Shown: positions 8,638-18,289, counted from the whole stretch's first letter. The stretch is 56,480 bases of DNA, filler included, from an uncultured Synergistales bacterium (GCA_937897575.1; 3 parts of 3 records of this genome joined end to end with filler, not necessarily neighbours in it); one strand, 5' to 3'. Notes: generated by a model not told the origin, from the letters alone. Translations and numbers: made by a program.

Positions 8638-9717
8638 ATGACGCTGTTGCAGAGGACCATCGACGGAGTACGACCGCTTTGCGCCGAATCTATGGAGGCG
8701 GCCCGACGGAGACAGGGCCAGCTCGCCAAGCCCGCGGGGAGCCTGGGGCGCCTCGAGGATCTCTCCGTCCGCCTCGCCGGCATGAGGAGGACGACGCACC
8801 CCTCCGTGGAGCGCAAGGTCATCCTCACCATGGCGGGGGACCACGGCGTGGTGGACGAGGGGGTGACCCTGTACCCCAGAGAGGTCACGGTGCAGCAGGT
8901 CGTCAACTTCCTCCGGGGAGGCGGCGGCATCAACGTCCTGGCCCGGCACGGCGGTGCCCGGGTGGTGCTCGTGGATGTGGGCGTGGCTCAGGACTTCGAC
9001 CCCGCCGAAGGGCTGCAAATCCGCAAGGTGGGCTATGGGACGGCGAGCTTTCGCTCCGGCCCCGCCATGAGCCGCGAACAGGCCCTTCGCTCCGTGGAGG
9101 CGGGCATCGCCGCCGCGCTTGAGGAGGCCGAACGGGGCATGGACCTGTTGGGCGTCGGCGAGATGGGCATCGGCAACTCCACACCCGCCGCGGCCATCGC
9201 CTGCGCCGTGACCGGCGAGCCCGTCGCCTCCGTCGCCGGGCGCGGGGCCGGGCTCACCGACGACGGTCTGAGACGGAAGGTGTCCGTCATCGAGCAGGGG
9301 CTCTCGGTGAACAGGCCCGACCCGAAGGACGGGCTCGATGTTCTGGCCAAGGTCGGCGGGTTCGAGATCGGGGGCATCGCCGGAGCGATCCTCGGCGCGG
9401 CGTCCCTTGGCATCCCCGTCCTCGTGGACGGACTCATCTCCGCATCGGGGGCCATCATCGCCGCGCTGCTGTGCCCGGGCGCCAAGGACTACATGATCGC
9501 CTCCCACCGGTCCGCCGAGGCGGGGCAGCGGTGCATGCTCGACTTCCTCGGCCTCGAACCCCTGCTGGACCTCGGCATGCGCCTCGGCGAGGGGACGGGG
9601 ACCGCCCTGGCCATGCACGTCGTCGAGGCCGCGGCGAAAATACTGAACGAGATGGCCACCTTCGAGAGCGCCCAGGTCTCGGGGCCTTTCGAGGCCGACC
9701 CGTCGACAAGAGGGTAG
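8638..9717 (+). CDS. cobT: Nicotinate-nucleotide:dimethylbenzimidazole phosphoribosyltransferase
   Basis: LAKPAGSLGRLE, AGDHGV, GEMGIGNST, GGFEI, SHRSAE.G, LGMRLGEGTG. Confidence 0.96.
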   Translation: MTLLQRTIDGVRPLCAESMEAARRRQGQLAKPAGSLGRLEDLSVRLAGMRRTTHPSVERKVILTMAGDHGVVDEGVTLYPREVTVQQVVNFLRGGGGINVLARHGGARVVLVDVGVAQDFDPAEGLQIRKVGYGTASFRSGPAMSREQALRSVEAGIAAALEEAERGMDLLGVGEMGIGNSTPAAAIACAVTGEPVASVAGRGAGLTDDGLRRKVSVIEQGLSVNRPDPKDGLDVLAKVGGFEIGGIAGAILGAASLGIPVLVDGLISASGAIIAALLCPGAKDYMIASHRSAEAGQRCMLDFLGLEPLLDLGMRLGEGTGTALAMHVVEAAAKILNEMATFESAQVSGPFEADPSTRG

Positions 9718-9724
9718 GGGGCCC

Positions 9725-10450
9725 ATGGACTTTCTCCGGGCCCTCGGTTTCCTCACCCTCCTGCCCGTGCCCTCCATCCCGTGCGACACCGGCGATCTGG
9801 GGCGGTCCTCCCCCTGGTTCCCTCTGGTCGGGGCCGTCATCGGCGCCATCCTCGCCGGAGCGGCCGTGCTGTTTGGTGCGCTCTTCCCGCCTCTCGCTAC
9901 AAACGCCCTCGTCGTGGTGCTGTGGGCCTTCCTGACGCGAGGAATCCACCTCGACGGGCTGGCCGACACCTTCGACGGCATCGGAGGGGGCTACGACCCG
10001 GCCTCGCGGCTCGCCATCATGAAGGACAGCCGCCTCGGGACCTTCGGAGGCATCGCCGTGGCCTCCGCGTTGCTGCTCAAGACAGCGGCCGCAGCGGGCC
10101 TGACCGGGCAGGACCTTCTTCGGGCCCTCTTTGCGGCTCCCATCCTCGGCCGATGGGGAATCCTGTTCGCCATGGGGCTCTTCCCCTCCGCCCGGCCCGG
10201 CGGCATGGGCGATACCTTCAGGAAAGGGTGCACCACGAAGAGCCTCGCAACGGGGTCCATCCTTACCGTTGCCCTCGCCCTGGCGGCCTTCGGGTGGCGC
10301 GGCATCCTTCCGCTGCTTGCCGTCCCCTTCACCGCCCTGCTCCTCTCGGTCTGGCTGACCCGACTCCTCGGCGGCCTGACGGGGGACTCCTACGGGGCGG
10401 TGTGCGAGACGACGGAGCTGCTCACGCTTCTTTGTTTTAGTGTATACTGA
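9725..10450 (+). CDS. cobS: Adenosylcobinamide-GDP ribazoletransferase (cobalamin synthase)
   Basis: FLT.LP, HLDGLADTFDG, IMKDSRLGTFG, GGLTGD.YGA. Confidence 0.95.
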   Translation: MDFLRALGFLTLLPVPSIPCDTGDLGRSSPWFPLVGAVIGAILAGAAVLFGALFPPLATNALVVVLWAFLTRGIHLDGLADTFDGIGGGYDPASRLAIMKDSRLGTFGGIAVASALLLKTAAAAGLTGQDLLRALFAAPILGRWGILFAMGLFPSARPGGMGDTFRKGCTTKSLATGSILTVALALAAFGWRGILPLLAVPFTALLLSVWLTRLLGGLTGDSYGAVCETTELLTLLCFSVY

Positions 10451-10536
10451 AAATCCGCCAATCTCCCGATGTCCCCGGAAGAAAACGGCGTATCCTCTTT
10501 TCCTGTGATCCAGAAAGAAAAAGGAGGCTCTACGAA

Positions 10537-11289
10537 ATGAACATGTCCCATCTTCGCAGGAACTGCATCGCAGCAGCGATAGCCCTGTTTCTCCTCTCCG
10601 TCGCGGGGTTCGGCGTTGCATCGGCCCAGGCGCCCGATGGGCACTCAGCCCGGGACAGCGCGGATTGGACCGGCTACTACCACGGAACGGTGCCGGCGGC
10701 GAGTTCTCCCGGCATAGAGGTGTGGCTGAACCTGGACGAGTTCGACGGCAAGGTCCGGTACGATCTTGTGGAGACCTATCTCGAGGAGAAGGACGGCACG
10801 GTTCGCTCCACAGGCACGGCGAAGTGGCGCGACGGGTCGGCGTTGCAGCTTGTCGGCAAGGACGAGAACAGGGTGCTCTTCGTCGCCGAGGGGTGGGTTC
10901 AGTTCCTGGGCGCCGATGAGACGACGGGCGACGAGAAGTCCGACTACGTCCTGCGCAGGATGGATGCCTTCGCCGGCGACGGGCAGCAGCTGCTCGTGGA
11001 CCCGACCCAAGTCAGGGTATGCGTCCAGAACGGGCGCAGGATCATCGCCTTTCCGGGGCTCATCAACTTCGAGCATCGGACCGAGGGCGGCCATACCTCC
11101 CTTGCGGGCGACTTCGTGATCGATGTGGAGAAGAAGGAGTACGAGATGCCCTCCGTGCGGTACTATCATGATCGATTCGCAACAGGCAAACTGATGCACT
11201 CCGCGGAGGAGAACGAGGGCGACTGGCTGCCCTTCTCCGGCGACGAGGATGTCCTCGCCCAGGCGCTGGAGGCCTACAGAGGCGAGTAA
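10537..11289 (+). CDS. Exported protein with an NlpE N-terminal-like domain (paralog 1)
   Basis: Sec-type signal peptide. HSARDSADWTGYYHGTVPAASSPGIE resembles the NlpE-family D-W-x-G-x-Y-x-G-x-L-P-C-A-D-C-x-G-I motif. SD AAGGAGG. Confidence 0.65.
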   Translation: MNMSHLRRNCIAAAIALFLLSVAGFGVASAQAPDGHSARDSADWTGYYHGTVPAASSPGIEVWLNLDEFDGKVRYDLVETYLEEKDGTVRSTGTAKWRDGSALQLVGKDENRVLFVAEGWVQFLGADETTGDEKSDYVLRRMDAFAGDGQQLLVDPTQVRVCVQNGRRIIAFPGLINFEHRTEGGHTSLAGDFVIDVEKKEYEMPSVRYYHDRFATGKLMHSAEENEGDWLPFSGDEDVLAQALEAYRGE

Positions 11290-11367
11290 CGACCCCATCG
11301 CCCGCTCGCCTGAGGGGGGACTTCAGCAGGAATTCCGTGCCGTCGAAGGTCCTACCGCGGCTTTTCA

Positions 11368-11400
11368 AGCCCCTGCCGAAGCAAGCGGCGGGGGTTTTCT
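11368..11400 (+). terminator. Probable intrinsic terminator between the NlpE-like paralogs
   Basis: AGCCCCTGCCG-N7-CGGCGGGGGTT followed by TTCT. Confidence 0.55.
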
Positions 11401-11536
11401 GCCTTGTTCCATAGGGACCAGATGGTGCGGGAGGGCCCAGAATGGCCCATCGGTTTCGATGCTGCAACCCGGGTGGATATGTCCGGTTCTTTTCGGCTTC
11501 GCGAACCCTTTTGGCGGAACGGCAGGTATATTTTCC

Positions 11537-11565
11537 TTGACATGCAGGACCAAAGGGAGTACTGT
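11537..11565 (+). promoter_or_regulatory. Possible sigma70-type promoter for paralog 2
   Basis: TTGACA-N17-TACTGT. Confidence 0.45.
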
Positions 11566-11655
11566 GTAAACATTACTAAAGAAGTAGCATATCCATGAAA
11601 ATCGGAACAGGTCGGGGGAGAGCCCCCCAAACCATTTCGCAAGGGAGGAAGAAGC

Positions 11656-12420
11656 ATGAAGAGAAGATCGACAGACGGCACTTTCAAGAAGACATTGGCG
11701 ACGTTGTTCGCCTTCACGCTCATCGTTTTCGCGGGAACCGCCGCCTTCGCGCAGACGCCCGACGCCCACACGACGAGAGGCACTGTGGACTGGCCGGGGT
11801 ACTATATCGGCACCGTTCCCGCGGCGAGCGGGCCCGGCATCGAGACCATGCTCATCCTTCAGGACATGAACGGCGAGACGCAGTATATCCTGATCGAGAA
11901 TTACCTGGAGGAAAAGGACGGCCAGTTCCGGTCCTCCGGCCCGGGGATGTGGGACGAAAGCGGCCGGTCCATCACCCTCGCTGGCCCCGGGGAATCCAGG
12001 GTCGTCTTCGTGAGCGAGGGGTGGGTCCAGTTCCTCGGTGCGGGGGAGACCGTCGGGTCCGAGACGTCGGAGTACGCTCTGCGCAAGATGGACGTCTTCA
12101 CGGGGGCCGACCGGGCTCTGCTGGTGGACCCCGCGGAGGTGCGGACCGGGGACCAGGGCGGCCGGAAGATAGTCGCTTTCCCCGGGATCATCACCTTCAA
12201 CGAGAACACGGCGGGAGGGTACCGGTCGCTCAAGGCCGACTTCGAGATCGACTGCGTCGTCCGGTGGCACACCATGTCCCGGATACGGTACTACGACCTG
12301 GGGTACGGCTCGGGGCGGATCATCCGCGAGTCGGCCATGGAGGGCGGCCGTGCCATGCCCATCTTGGCGGCGGATGAAGACGTGATCTACCAGGCCTGGG
12401 GCAGGTACTGCCGTCCGTAG
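11656..12420 (+). CDS. Exported protein with an NlpE N-terminal-like domain (paralog 2)
   Basis: Signal peptide ending AFA|Q, then HTTRGTVDWPGYYIGTVPAASGPGIE. Shares YLEEKDG, FV.EGWVQFLGA, LLVDP, AFPG.I.F, DF.ID and DEDV blocks with 10537-11289. Confidence 0.65.
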   Translation: MKRRSTDGTFKKTLATLFAFTLIVFAGTAAFAQTPDAHTTRGTVDWPGYYIGTVPAASGPGIETMLILQDMNGETQYILIENYLEEKDGQFRSSGPGMWDESGRSITLAGPGESRVVFVSEGWVQFLGAGETVGSETSEYALRKMDVFTGADRALLVDPAEVRTGDQGGRKIVAFPGIITFNENTAGGYRSLKADFEIDCVVRWHTMSRIRYYDLGYGSGRIIRESAMEGGRAMPILAADEDVIYQAWGRYCRP

Positions 12421-12787
12421 CGTTCATCGCTGCGAATCACGGGGACGAAGCGTGCGCTTCGTCCCCTTTTCTCTTCAGCAGCCGAAGAGGCCGGAGCGCG
12501 CCCGACCGTGAGGCTCCCGCGCGTTTTGCGGCGTGGGGGGGCGGCACTCGAGTCGAACTGGCCGGTGCCCTCATCCTCCCGGACGAATCGGGTGTGATTC
12601 TTTTTGTTGCCCCGTTCTCTTTCCACCCTTTCCGATGATGCACTCCGTCCTCCGTCACACACTCTTCGGGAATGAAGTATCTCTTTTCCTTTTTTTCGCC
12701 GTCCGGTTTTCTCCTCGCAGTGCCGTCATGAAGAGAGTCGACGGATACAAAGGCGTTTTTATTGAATTCAAATCTGAAAATTCCCCC

Positions 12788-12817
12788 TTGACATGGCATT
12801 GTCTGTGTGTTTATATG
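12788..12817 (+). promoter_or_regulatory. Probable promoter of the ABC transporter operon
   Basis: TTGACA followed after 17-18 nt by TTATAT/TATATG, with an AT-rich upstream tract. Confidence 0.5.
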
Positions 12818-12934
12818 ACCTAATATCACTTCCGCCAGATAGCCGCATCACGCAGTGCCGCACTTCATGTTTCCGCCAGTTCGACGCAGTGCCGCGCATC
12901 TGTAGTTCCCCATTCTATGAAGGAGGTACACATA

Positions 12935-13945
12935 ATGTCCCATATGAAGAATGTGTTTTTATCCGCGGCAGTTTTCTGCCTGCTCGTCCTGTTTTTTCCG
13001 GCGTTTGCCGAGGCTTCGAAACCGGTGGTCTTTGTGGATTTCAGTTGGGAAAGCGTGCAGGTGCACAATAGAATCGCAGCCTATATCATGGAAAAGGGGT
13101 ACGGGAAGAAGACGGATTTCATCTTCGCCGAATCCCTGCCCGGCATGATGGGAATCGAACGGGGCGACGCCGACCTCTCCATGGAGGGGTGGGTGGACAA
13201 CCTGACGGAGTACTGGACAAAGGCCTCGGCGAAGGGGGATATTCAGAGCCTGGGGACGAACTTCCCCGATGCTCCTCAGGGCTGGTACGTGCCCACCTAT
13301 ATGATACAGGGGGATGAGAAGCGGGGGATCAAGGCGACGGCCCCGGGCCTCAAGTCCGTGAAGGACCTTCCCCAGTACTGGGAGCTCTTCAAAGACCCGG
13401 AAAACCCGAGAAAGGGCCGCCTGTACAACGGGCCCGCGGGGTGGCAGATCTCCTCCATCAACGTCGAAAAGATCAAGGCCTACGGACTGTCCGGAACCTA
13501 CGAGGCCTTCTCTCCCGGATCCCAGACGGCCCTCTCCACGGCCATAAAAAGAGCCTATGACCGGGGAAAACCGGTCCTGGCGTACTACTGGGAGCCCACA
13601 TGGGTCATGGGGTTGCTGGACATGACCCGTCTGGAGGAGCCCCCCTTCGACGCGGCGGTCTGGGGGGATGGGGGCAACAAGGGGTGTGCCTGCCCCTCGG
13701 CCACGGTGTACGTTGTGGCGAACACGAAGTTCGTGGAGCGGAATCCCCGCATCGCGACGTTCCTCCGGACGTATTCCACGACCCTGGAGCAGAACAACAA
13801 GATCCTTGCCTATATGTACAAGAACAGGGTCGACGCGGCAGAGGCCGCCATATGGTTCCTCAAGAACCACAAGGATGTATGGAGTGCGTGGGTCCCCGGG
13901 GATGTAGCGTCCCGGATATCGGACTCCTTCAGGGAGGACAAATAA
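12935..13945 (+). CDS. Glycine betaine/proline-type ABC transporter substrate-binding protein (ProX/OpuAC family)
   Basis: Signal peptide; SWES...N.IA, QGWYVP.Y, P.LKSV.DL, F.DPE.P.KGR....P.GW, YYWEPT. Confidence 0.85.
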   Translation: MSHMKNVFLSAAVFCLLVLFFPAFAEASKPVVFVDFSWESVQVHNRIAAYIMEKGYGKKTDFIFAESLPGMMGIERGDADLSMEGWVDNLTEYWTKASAKGDIQSLGTNFPDAPQGWYVPTYMIQGDEKRGIKATAPGLKSVKDLPQYWELFKDPENPRKGRLYNGPAGWQISSINVEKIKAYGLSGTYEAFSPGSQTALSTAIKRAYDRGKPVLAYYWEPTWVMGLLDMTRLEEPPFDAAVWGDGGNKGCACPSATVYVVANTKFVERNPRIATFLRTYSTTLEQNNKILAYMYKNRVDAAEAAIWFLKNHKDVWSAWVPGDVASRISDSFREDK

Positions 13946-13946
13946 C

Positions 13947-14846
13947 GTGGCGGGGGCTTCCCCCGCAGAGGCCATCGTCGTACGCAATCTCTGGCAGGTC
14001 TTTCCGAGAAAAGAGGGCATCTCCATCTCCTCTGCCGACGTCATGGACGAGCAGCGCGTCCGGGAGATGGACGAGAGCGACGATACGGTGGTGGCCATGA
14101 AGGACGTGTGCCTCACGGTCTATGAGGGAGAGACCTTCATCATCATGGGCCTCTCCGGCAGCGGGAAGTCGACGCTGATACGGTGCCTTCTTCGCCTGGT
14201 GGAACCTACGTCGGGGGAGGTATGCATCTTGGGGCACAACGTCACGGCGATGGGCAAGAGGGAGCTGGTGCAGTTCCGACGGGAGAAAATTTCCATGGTG
14301 TTTCAGCATTACGGACTGCTTCCCCACAGGACCGTGGCCGATAACGTCGCCTTCGGCCTGAAGCTTCGGGGGGAGCCGGAGGAATCCCGGAAAGAAAAGG
14401 TGACGTGGGCCCTGGAGACGGTGGGGTTGACGGGGTGGGGGAAGTACTACCCTTCGGCGCTGAGCGGCGGCATGCGACAGAGGGTGGGGATAGCCAGGGC
14501 GCTGGTCATGGACGCCCCGATCCTCCTGATGGACGAACCCTTCAGCGGTCTGGACCCCATGATCCGGCGGGAGCTCCAGGACGAGCTGATCCACCTGCAA
14601 AGGGACATGCGGAAGACGATCTTCTTCGTGACGCACGACCTCTCCGAGGCGCTCCGCATGGGGGACCGGATGGCCATCATGCGGAGAGGGGAGATCGTCC
14701 AGGTGGGCTCCCCCGATGAGGTGGTGGCCAACCCGGCCGACGAGTACGTCGCCCGCTTTGTCAGCGACGAAAAGGAGCAGTTCGAACGGGGCAGGGCGTT
14801 CATCGGCAGCGGGCCCGGGAGGGAGGCGACGGCCTGTGTTTCCTGA
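13947..14846 (+). CDS. Glycine betaine/proline ABC transporter ATP-binding protein (ProV/OpuAA family, no CBS domains)
   Basis: IMGLSGSGKST, LSGGMRQRVGIARAL, LMDEPFSGLDP.IRRELQDEL, PADEYVARFV. Confidence 0.9.
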   Translation: MAGASPAEAIVVRNLWQVFPRKEGISISSADVMDEQRVREMDESDDTVVAMKDVCLTVYEGETFIIMGLSGSGKSTLIRCLLRLVEPTSGEVCILGHNVTAMGKRELVQFRREKISMVFQHYGLLPHRTVADNVAFGLKLRGEPEESRKEKVTWALETVGLTGWGKYYPSALSGGMRQRVGIARALVMDAPILLMDEPFSGLDPMIRRELQDELIHLQRDMRKTIFFVTHDLSEALRMGDRMAIMRRGEIVQVGSPDEVVANPADEYVARFVSDEKEQFERGRAFIGSGPGREATACVS

Positions 14847-15684
14847 GACGCTGCGGTTCCACATCGCCGAGCCGATCAATATCTTCATCGACGGCCTTAT
14901 CCAGCGATATGCGGCCGCCTTCGACCTGGTGGCGGGAAAGATACTGTTCTTCCTGCTGAGCATTCACAGGGGGCTGGAGGCCGTTCCGTGGTGGGGGTAC
15001 ATCCTCCTGGTCTTCCTGCTCTCCCTGTACTTCTCGAGGAGCATCCTTCACTCTCTCGTCCTCGCGTCCCTGCCGTTTTTCATCGGTGCCTTCGGGCTCT
15101 GGAGCATGGCGATAGAGAGCCTTGCGGTGATCATCGCCTCTGTGGTGATGGCTTTGGTGATAGGGCTCCCTCTCGGCGTGCTCATGGGGGAGGCCAAGTC
15201 CGTGGAAACCGTCCTGTCGCCCGTCCTCGACGCCATGCAGACCATGCCGAGCTTTGTCTACCTCATCCCGGCCATGATGTTCTTCGGCCTCGGGAAGGTC
15301 CCGGCGGTGATCGCCACGCTGATCTACTCCCTGCCTCCCGTGATCCGGCTCACGGCGCTCGGGCTCAGGCAGGTCCCCAAGACGGTGGAGGAGGCGGCCC
15401 TCGCCTATGGGGCCACGAGATGGCAGCTCATCCGGGAGGTCCGCCTCCCCCTCGCCATGCCGAGCATTATGGCGGGGATCAACCAGACCACCATGATGGC
15501 TCTCTCCATGGTGGTGGTCTCCTCCATGATCGGGGCCCGGGGTCTCGGGCAGGAGGTCCTCGTCTCCATCAACAAGATCGATGTGGGGCGCGGTGTCGAG
15601 GCCGGCATGAGCGTGGTGATCCTCGCCATCGTCATCGACCGTCTCACTCAGGGGCTTGCGAAACGTTTGAGGCCGGGGGAGTGA
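14836..15684 (+). CDS. Glycine betaine/proline ABC transporter permease (ProW/OpuAB family)
   Basis: PVLDAMQTMPSFVYLIP, EAA loop (EEAALAYGAT), IMAGINQTTMMALSMVV. Confidence 0.92.
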   Translation: MFPETLRFHIAEPINIFIDGLIQRYAAAFDLVAGKILFFLLSIHRGLEAVPWWGYILLVFLLSLYFSRSILHSLVLASLPFFIGAFGLWSMAIESLAVIIASVVMALVIGLPLGVLMGEAKSVETVLSPVLDAMQTMPSFVYLIPAMMFFGLGKVPAVIATLIYSLPPVIRLTALGLRQVPKTVEEAALAYGATRWQLIREVRLPLAMPSIMAGINQTTMMALSMVVVSSMIGARGLGQEVLVSINKIDVGRGVEAGMSVVILAIVIDRLTQGLAKRLRPGE

Positions 15685-15802
15685 CCAACTCTCAGTGAAG
15701 GAGCATCACAACCGTACCGGTTCCTGTTCGGACCCCGTGCATGGGGGCGATTCGGACCGGGGGTGTCCCGTCGGGCAGGGCTGCGCGTCGCAGCCCTGCC
15801 CG

Positions 15803-16414
15803 TTACTTTGGGCGAAGGTCCGGAAGCCAGTTGAGCCGCCGTACCATCAGGTGGTCGTCGTGCCGTTCCAGGACGTGGACGCCGCAGTAGTCCTGAGTGA
15901 CGGAGAAGAGCTTCTCCCAGGAGAGGCCGAGGACGGCCACGATGAGAGCCCTGAGGACCCCGGCGTGGGCCACCACAAGCAGGTCCCCCCTCTCGCGCTT
16001 CAGAAGGGACTGAAAGGCCGGCCACGCTCTGTCCCGTACGTCCGTGAAGCTCTCCCCGCCCGGCGGACGGTAGCCGGCGAAGTCCTTCGCCCGCGCCTCG
16101 AAGGCCTCGGGGTCCGATGCGGCGATGTCCGCGAGGGTGCGCATCTCCCAGTCACCGCAGCGGATCTCCTGGAAAGCGCGCTCCACGCGGAGAGGCGCGG
16201 TCCGCCCCTCCGTCACGATCGCGGCGGTCTCCTCGGCCCGCCGCAGGCCGCTGTGCACGACGAGGTCGAAGGGGATGGATTCGAGGGCGGCCTTCAGCCG
16301 CCTGGCCTCCCCGCGTCCCCGCTCCGAGAGGGGGAGGTCCGTTCGGCCGAGAAACCGGGGGGCGTCGTCGGGGAGCTCGGGGTGTCCGTGGCGCACGAGA
16401 TAGATCGCCTGCAT
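15803..16414 (-). CDS. Histidine phosphatase family protein (CobC/GpmB-like)
   Basis: IYLVRHG, G.TDLPLS, SGL.RA.ETA, EI..GDWE, PPGGESF, VVAHAGV. Confidence 0.88.
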   Translation of the reverse strand: MQAIYLVRHGHPELPDDAPRFLGRTDLPLSERGRGEARRLKAALESIPFDLVVHSGLRRAEETAAIVTEGRTAPLRVERAFQEIRCGDWEMRTLADIAASDPEAFEARAKDFAGYRPPGGESFTDVRDRAWPAFQSLLKRERGDLLVVAHAGVLRALIVAVLGLSWEKLFSVTQDYCGVHVLERHDDHLMVRRLNWLPDLRPK

Positions 16415-16500
16415 CGCCGTTTCCTCCGCTCTGAGTATTTTCATCGGGGAGTATGGGGTACAATACGATATGAGTGTATCAGAGAAAGGAGTGGACGGCC

Positions 16501-17490
16501 ATGAGAAAGACCGTCGTCGTGACCTGCCCGTCACCCCCCGGGATCCGAGCCGCTGTGGAACGCGGACTGGCGGGGTCGGCCGAAGTGACGTACCTCGAGG
16601 ACAGAGCGGGCAATGCCCGGACCGAAGCCCTCCGGAGCGCCTCCGGGCTGCTCTCCTTCTTCTTCAACGGGGAGGTCGACGAGTCGGACTACCCCCTGCT
16701 CGAGGACCTGGAGATCTTCCAGGCCATATCGACGGGGCTCGACTACTTCCCCTTCCGCAAGGTGCCCGTCGGGATGGTGCTGGCCTGCAACGCCGGAGGG
16801 TGGGCTCCCCAGATAGCGGAGCACGCCATGGCGCTGCTCCTCGCCCTCACGCGCCGAATCGTTCCGCTGCACAACGACCTGTCCCGGGGGGCGTTCAACA
16901 AGGAGGCGTTCGCTCTGCGGACATTGCGGGGCAAAGTGCTCCTCGCCGCCGGATACGGGGGGATCGGCCGCCATACCGCCGACCTCGCCGCAGCCTTCGG
17001 CATGAGCGTGTGGGCTCTGAACACCAGCGGCCGGACCGACGGGGCCGTGGAGCGCGTCGGGACCCTGGGAGACCTTGAGGCCTTCCTTCCCGGAGCCGAC
17101 GTACTGCTCCTCGCCCTGCCTCTGGACCGGAACACCAGAGGGATCATCGGCCGGCGCGAACTGGAGCGCATGAAGAGGGACGCCATCCTGCTGAACGTGG
17201 CCAGGGCCGCTCTGGTGTCGGAGAAGGATCTGTACGACCATCTCGTGGCCAATCCGGATTTCCAGGCGGGGCTCGACGTGTGGTGGCATGAGCCCACATG
17301 GGGCGGCGGAGCCTTCGAGACGGAGTACCCCTTCCTGACGCTGCCCAACGTCGTGGGTTCGCCCCACAACTCGAACCGGTGCGAGAACGACATGGTCGCC
17401 GCCGCGGAGTGCGCCGCCTCGAACCTGGCGGCCTTCTTCACGGGCGGGACGCTCCGCGGCCTCATCCGCCGCGAGGACTACATCGATTGA
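16501..17490 (+). CDS. D-isomer-specific 2-hydroxyacid dehydrogenase
   Basis: IAEHAMAL, GYGGIG Rossmann motif, LLNVARAALV, GLDVWW.EP, SPH. Confidence 0.9.
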   Translation: MRKTVVVTCPSPPGIRAAVERGLAGSAEVTYLEDRAGNARTEALRSASGLLSFFFNGEVDESDYPLLEDLEIFQAISTGLDYFPFRKVPVGMVLACNAGGWAPQIAEHAMALLLALTRRIVPLHNDLSRGAFNKEAFALRTLRGKVLLAAGYGGIGRHTADLAAAFGMSVWALNTSGRTDGAVERVGTLGDLEAFLPGADVLLLALPLDRNTRGIIGRRELERMKRDAILLNVARAALVSEKDLYDHLVANPDFQAGLDVWWHEPTWGGGAFETEYPFLTLPNVVGSPHNSNRCENDMVAAAECAASNLAAFFTGGTLRGLIRREDYID

Positions 17491-17503
17491 GAGGACGATA
17501 GAC

Positions 17504-18289
17504 ATGGCACGATGGACCATCGCAACGTTCAACGTCAACTCCCTCCGGAGCCGCCTTCCCGTGCTGGAGCGGTGGCTCGAGTCCACACCCGCGGATGTGC
17601 TGTGCCTCCAGGAGACGAAGGTGACGGACGGCGACTTCCCCCTCGACGCGGTCCAGAGCCTCGGCTACCGGGCCATCTACCGGGGCGAAAAGGCGTACAA
17701 CGGCGTGGCCATCCTCACCAAGGCCCCCATGGAGGGCTACGCCTTCGGATTCGGAGACGGCGAGGAGCCCGACGGAGGGGCCAGGGTGGTGCGAGGGCGG
17801 ATAGGGGATCTCTGCATCATCAACACCTACGTCCCCCAGGGAAAGGCCATCGACAACCCGGACTACGTCTACAAACACCGTTTTCTGGACCGGTTCCGCG
17901 CCCTCCTCGACCGCGAGTACCTCACCACGGAGAAGATCCTCTGGGTGGGGGACATGAACGTGGCGCCCACGGACATGGACGTCACGTCGCCGGAGAAGAA
18001 GCGGGACCACCCCTGCTTCGCGCCGGACATTCGGGAGCACTTCGAGGCGGTGAAGAGCTGGGGCTTCTCCGACGTCTTCAGGAAACACCGCCCCGGGCCG
18101 GGGGAGTTCTCCTTCTTCGACTACCGGGTGAAGGGGGCCCTGGAGCGGAACATCGGCTGGCGGATCGACCACATCCTGGCGACGCCGACCCTCGAGGCGG
18201 CCTCGGTGGACTGCTTCGTTGACCGGGCTCCCAGAGGCTGGGAGCGGCCGTCGGATCATACGCCCGTCGTGGTCCGGTTCGACCTGTAG
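17504..18289 (+). CDS. xth: Exodeoxyribonuclease III
   Basis: ATFNVNS, LCLQETK, YNGVAI, GDMNVAP, GWRIDHIL, PSDHTPV. Confidence 0.96.
   Translation: MARWTIATFNVNSLRSRLPVLERWLESTPADVLCLQETKVTDGDFPLDAVQSLGYRAIYRGEKAYNGVAILTKAPMEGYAFGFGDGEEPDGGARVVRGRIGDLCIINTYVPQGKAIDNPDYVYKHRFLDRFRALLDREYLTTEKILWVGDMNVAPTDMDVTSPEKKRDHPCFAPDIREHFEAVKSWGFSDVFRKHRPGPGEFSFFDYRVKGALERNIGWRIDHILATPTLEAASVDCFVDRAPRGWERPSDHTPVVVRFDL

Noticed and set aside
12716..12895. Short repeats considered as a degenerate CRISPR array
   Set aside because: The repeats are 9-12 nt with irregular spacing, and there are no cas genes in the window.
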